A stretch of DNA of 64,000 nucleotides from the human T2T-CHM13v2.0 reference genome, Homo sapiens. Within the stretch, counting starts at the first letter, position 1. Each line of letters opens with the position of its first letter. Both the position numbers and the translations under genes were made by a program. The stretch is taken from assembly GCF_009914755.1 (NCBI RefSeq), contig NC_060939.1. One strand, 5' to 3'. Under the pieces are notes generated by a model. That model worked only from the letters and a program-made list of their open reading frames with translations, was not told the origin of the DNA and searched no databases. Positions 58,628-64,000 of this stretch are shown here, in pieces.

Positions 58628-61371
58628 TCCACTTATAAGTGAGAACATGTAGTATTTGGTTTTCTGCCCTGTGTTAGTTCACTTAATAGCCTCTAGATCC
58701 ATCCATGTTACTGCAAAAGACATGATCTCATTCTTTTTTATGGCTGTGTAGTATTCCATGGTATATACATACCACATTTCCTTTATCTAGTCTACCACTG
58801 ATGGGCATTTAAGTTGATTCCATGTCTTCACTACTGTGAATAGTGCTACAATAAACATAAACATGCATGTGTCTTTACGGTAGAATGATTTCTATCACTT
58901 TGGATATATACCCAGTAATGGGGCTGCTGGGTCAATTGGTAGTTCTGTTTTAAGTTCTTTGAGAAATAGTCAAATTGCTTTGCACAATGGCTGAACTCAT
59001 TTACCTTCTCACTAGCAGTATAAAAGTGTTCCCTTTTTTTCCACAACCTCACCAGTATGTGTTATTTTTAAACTTTTGCTGCTGTTGTTCCTAGTTTATG
59101 AAGTATTTGAAGTATGCAGCTGCAGTCAAGACTCACTGTCTCAGAAACTGAAAATACCTCTGAAAGCGTAAATACTAAAGAGAGAGAGAGAGAGCCAAAC
59201 CATCAGGATTTGTTAGATTCCTAGAAGAAATAGAACATTCATTATTTAAAATAGTTTATATTCCAAGCACTAAATGACACGCTTTGCATATCTTAAATTA
59301 ATTTCACCTTGAACAAGAAAGTAGCTTCAATAATTAGCATTTTATTAATGGGGAAACAGAGTCACAATGAGATTAGAATTAGTTCCCATGGTGATATAAT
59401 GGTTGACCCAGTCTAACTGCACTTTTTTACTACAGTAATTTTACAAAGATGCTCTCTCTCTCCTGCACCAATACCAGCTCAGATGCTTTTTTATTCTTAT
59501 CAAAATGCTCTATGGTCCAAGATAAATTGGTAGTACACTGGGAGTGAGAAGAATGAAGAAACTAAGGCAGATCAGATGGAAAGGCCAGTCTTATAGAAGT
59601 CCATTGAGAAAAGTACCAACTGAAAATTCTGTCACCCACAAGTGCATCAGCATGCAGCTCTCAGGGATAGCTATGCCTAATCCACCCTTATCTGAAACAA
59701 AAAGCCAAATTATTGTTTCAAGAGAAAGCTGTGTGTATAAGGTGCAGTCTTGGGGAGCAAAGCAGAGAGCTGAGTCCATATAGGATTGGGGAAAGTATGG
59801 AGTTTCTGGACTGGGGGACTTTAACAAGCAATTAGTGTGTAGGGATTGCTTGAACTTTAGCTGCAGAAGTTTAGGCACTCAAGTGAGGCTGGTTCTGATT
59901 GGCTGACTTTCAGAAAGGCAGTCACTAGAATGAGGACGTTGCCAATTGACTGATTTCAGAAACATGGTGTTGTCACTGATGGGCTTACCCTTCAGAAGTT
60001 GGATTACTTGAGCTAGTTGTCACTGATCAATGAAGCATATTTAAGACCAGCTCTTATAGTTATTTTTGCCTTGATGACAGAGCAAATTTTCCTAGGAGGA
60101 TAGAAACTTTTATTTTCAAGAGTTGGTCAAAACATGCTGCTCCAAGATCCTCTGGTTAGGAGGCATGGAAAGGCAACTGGACCCTTAATTGACATTTATC
60201 GGGATTGAGCTACAAGTAAGAAGGTATTGGTAGACTTAAAGTGCACCCTGAATGATCATCTCTAATCAGTATTTCCCTGAAGAGAATTATTAGCTTATAG
60301 ATTTCAGTCTAGTATTTATAAAATACTCATTCCAGTTGAGTATTTATAAAAACTAAAGCAAACTTAAAAAAAAATCCAATTGAATCTGCCTGAATCTTTA
60401 AAGTCTTACTTTCTGTATTTATATTCTTTAAACACTTAGGGCTCTTTGCTGTTGCTGTGCTTAACTCTTTTAATAAACTGATCAGTTTTGGTTATAAAAG
60501 AAGATTATCAAGTGAGAAAGCCTGCTAATGTCAGCCAGTTTGTATACCTAGGGCAAAAGCCTAGCTGTGTGGATTATGAAGTCATAGCCAAACCTCCATT
60601 AGTCACCTGACAGCTGTCTTCAGTAAACTACCTATGTGGAATTAAAACTCTCATGAGTGTGCTACTGTCATAATTAAGCTTAAACTCCATTATGACCATA
60701 CCATCACAGAATCCTTCTCCATCCAATAAACTTCTCCCATACCCTTACACTCCATTTCCCCAACAAAAGAGAATAACCATTTCTGAGTGATATTGATTTT
60801 TTACATCGTGGGTAGTGAAGATAAATAGCCCTGGTGTACATTTGGTTTTGGCTATTTCTACACAGTACCTAAACAACTGGCTTGTTCTTTTAATTCAGTG
60901 AAAACCAAATATCAGACCTACTTTCATAGAATTTTATGTATCACATAAACAGTTTAATTTTTTACATTTTATTTTATTTTAAACTTTTCAGCTGGCTGCT
61001 TCTGTGTTAATGCAAAGATGCAAACTTTACTGGTCTTCATTTGTTCCAATTGAGTTACAGTCTGAGACTATCTGAATGACTCCAACAATCTGAATATTTT
61101 TTCAGTCAATTCAGTTATTTCTGTCATGAGGCCAGCCAGGCGCTAAGCTGTCTGATAACCATTCAGCTCCTTTCAGTCACTAGGCTGATGCCATTAAGAT
61201 TGCCTTGGCTGTTTGAATGAAATATCACCATGCATTCTGAAGCATCCATTTGCAATATGATGATTAGGTGTCGGATATCATGGTTCTCTCCCTCAGTTTC
61301 TCCTTTTACACAATTATGGCATGAATCTCAGGGCTGTAGGGGCTTTTACAAATGAAATTACACAAAGCACT

Positions 61372-61753
61372 TGTCTTAGTGTATTTGGGATGCTGTAACA
61401 AAAATATCATAGACTGGGTAATTTACAAACAACATAAATTTATTGCTCACAGTTCTGGTAGCCGGGAAGTCCAAGAACAAGGCACCAGCAGATTCATTGT
61501 GTGGTGAGGACTCACCCTCTGCTGTGAACATGGTGCCTTCTAGCTGTAACCTTATATGGCAGAAAGAGCAAACAAGCTCACTGAAAGCTGTTTTTATAAG
61601 AGCATTAATTCCTTTCATGCGGGCAGCACTCTTATGACCTAATCATCTCCCAAAGCCTCCACCTCTTAATACCATCACGCTGGGGATTAGGACTCAACAT
61701 ATGAATTGTGGAAGTTGGGTGATGGGAGGGACACAAACATTCAACCCATAGAA
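61372..61753 (-). mobile_element. MLT1A0-like MaLR solo LTR
   Basis: MLT1A motifs (tttattgctcacagttctgg, gaagtccaaga, atgacctaatcatctccc). 5-bp TSD GCACT at 61367-61371 and 61754-61758. Confidence 0.88.
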
Positions 61754-61799
61754 GCACTTTATAAATTTAAAATGAAAAAAACACACTGTAAAAATTTCA

Positions 61800-62870
61800 A
61801 AGAGTCTTCCAATGTGTCTTTATCTATTTTGATGTTCTTGAAGGGGTGTCCCTTCTCCGTGGTGAGCACCTCCCCTGGTGTTCATAATCCCAGTCATTCT
61901 AACTTCTTTTGAGTCACTTGTCTATCTATTAGGTCCGCTCTTTCTTTGACTTTTGTTATCTCTTATCCCTTGGCTTCTTCCTCTTTGCCTGTAATTGTCC
62001 TCAAACTCCCATTCTGCCATCCTTCCCTCTCCTTTGCTTCCTCTGTTTGTCATTTCCTAGTTACACTCCAATACCTGGTTTCTGCAGCCATAGCCTTCTT
62101 AGATCTTATCAACATTCTAAGTGCCAAATACAAAGACACTTGCCAGGCTACAACTTGCATGATTTCATGTTAATATTTGACCAAGCTCCCCACTCCAACT
62201 TTCTCTTCCCTTAGCTTCTATAACTTACCCTTTGGTTTCTTTTATTGCCTCTCTGTCCCATCCCTCTCAGGCCCCTCTGCTTCTTTCTTGGCATTCAATG
62301 TGCATGTTCCCCATTTCTCATGCTTAAAAGTCCTCTCTTCTCATTCCTAATCTTTCTCACTCCATGCCTTGAAGTGACCCTGTATCATGAATGATTCCCA
62401 AATCAGTAGCTCCAATCTAAACTCTCTCTTGAGCAACAGGTTCATGTGTACACCTGGCTGCTACCCATTTTTAGATGCAGATTCAGAAAGCACAATGATT
62501 TCAAAATATACAGGGTCAAACCTACATCCCCACCTACCCTCCAAAATCAAGCTCTCCTACCTTACTCCCTCCTTTCAGTAGTGGCACCAAGATTCACCTT
62601 GTCACAAGGTTAGAAATATTGTAGATACAGGATGCCTTCCTCTTGCTTAAATCCTAAAGTCATATTGGCCACCAAGTCCAGTGACTTTTCCTCTCCGTTC
62701 CAACAGCTATCCCCTTGATTCAGGCTCTCACCATCTTGCTAGGCCCCAGTGTGAATTCCCTAACTGGATACCCTAACCCCAGGGCCTCTCCTCTCGGTCC
62801 CACCACAGTGAGTTAAATCTTGTCACTGCCCTGCTTAAAATTCTTCAGTGGCATCTCATGTCTTTTTTCA
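61800..62870 (+). mobile_element. L2 fragment
   Basis: Pyrimidine-rich L2 motifs (atgattcccaaatc, caccaagtcc, tcactgccctgcttaaaattcttcagtggc). Confidence 0.65.
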
Positions 62871-64000
62871 GGAGGTTATAAGCTATTTTTAGCAGTGTGA
62901 CCTTTCTCTTCAAATATATTCTTTCATACAACTCTATTGTGTGAAGCAGAGGCACTCTGTGAGGCTCTGGATTTGGTGGATCTTAAGGGACCAGGATCCT
63001 CCCCAGCTCAGTCACTCTCTCTCTGCCAGATAGAGGCCCATGAGGCAGCTCCATAATGAAGGACTGATTGAAAATCATTGATGGTATAAAGTCCACATGA
63101 TGTGAATTGATGTATCAGAGTATTGAGAGAGAATGACTATGACTACTACTATCACTCTCACGGCTACCTTGGCAGCTGGAACTAGAATTCTACTTACAGA
63201 GGACACAGGCTTTGAGAAAATACCTATTAAATCCTGGTGAGAAGTTGTGTTTGCCAAGGCTTAGGCCCTGGCTATTGCCAAGTTTTCTGAGAGAGGAAAG
63301 CATCTCATCTGCCTTAAAAATGAAGAAGGATTTCTATGTTTCTTTGAGGAGGAAAAGGCCAGATGACAAAAGAGAGGTTATATGAGAGAGAAACAGGAGA
63401 GAGAAAGCAGAGAAGAATATCAAGATGGAAGTAGTATGGGAAAAAATATTTTAAAAGGTACAATCCTGGTGGCAGTGTCTGAAAAGGGAGCTCAGAGAAT
63501 AGTGATATCCAAGATGTTTTTAGAGATTTGGGAGTTGTTGTTTGTTATGTTTTGCTGCACATTACATAACAGAAACCCTCCCTATGACCCAAAGTGTTGA
63601 GTAATATGCTTTTGAAGGACTTTGTGAGTGTATTATCTTTGGAAAGTTTAAAGGGCTGACTTTTGCATCTAGACCAATGGACGGTAAAAGAAATAATATT
63701 TACAGATACAGAAAGTATGAGTACAATGGGCTTGGGAGAATAGCAGCCCCAGATATTTGCAGAAAAATGTGGGAAAGAATAAGGTGAACCCTAAGCCATG
63801 GTTTGGGAGAATCCTGAAATGGACAAATGTCTAGGGATCAGGAGATCCTAGTTGAAAATAATTGATAGTGCAATCTTTGAATTTATTAATCACATTCAAA
63901 ATAGCTCACTGATGAAACTAAGCATTGTACGGAAGGCTGTTTCACAAAGAACAGGATGCTGGGGGCTCCTGAAGTTGCAAAAGAGACCAAACTCATTCAG

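Larger units (their letters stand above)
57646..59075 (-). mobile_element. 5'-truncated L1PA15/16-like LINE-1, interrupted by THE1C LTRs
   Basis: 3'UTR ataggtagtttttcgatcctcaccctcctcccac. The L1 is continuous across the LTRs (tcccac | ttataagtgagaacatg). Confidence 0.9.

Noticed and set aside
60311-60351. AT-rich hairpin and direct repeat (AGTATTTATAAAA twice); similar case at ~25031-25057
   Set aside because: Short and low-complexity; typical of local template-switch mutations, with no sign of function.

Overview
AT-rich, repeat-dense primate (human/great-ape-like) genomic DNA, intergenic or deep-intronic in character. I found no credible host protein-coding exon. Every convincing ORF is retrotransposon-derived. 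The main elements are a full-length L1PA2/3-type LINE-1 (30328-36341; ORF1 open, ORF2 broken), a 4.5-kb L1MB, several truncated L1PA copies, Alu/FAM/FLAM SINEs, MaLR/ERVL LTRs, MER DNA transposons, and L2, MIR and CR1 fossils. The most notable structure is a ~2.3-kb minus-strand insertion (38551-40879) that splits an old L1. It is bounded by one target-site duplication (TSD) and reads full-length U6 snRNA, then unidentified 3'UTR-like sequence, AATAAA and poly(A), making it a candidate U6/mRNA chimeric retrocopy. Two abutting perfect hairpins sit at its polyadenylation signal. Other notable structures are an L1PA15/16 flanked by a ~175-bp direct repeat (candidate giant TSD), two THE1C LTRs only 4 bp apart, and a 120-bp ~96%-identical dispersed duplication. 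I see no evidence of a wholly new biological system. The findings are unusual instances of retrotransposition and repair processes. Subfamily calls are from remembered consensus sequences, and old-element boundaries are approximate.
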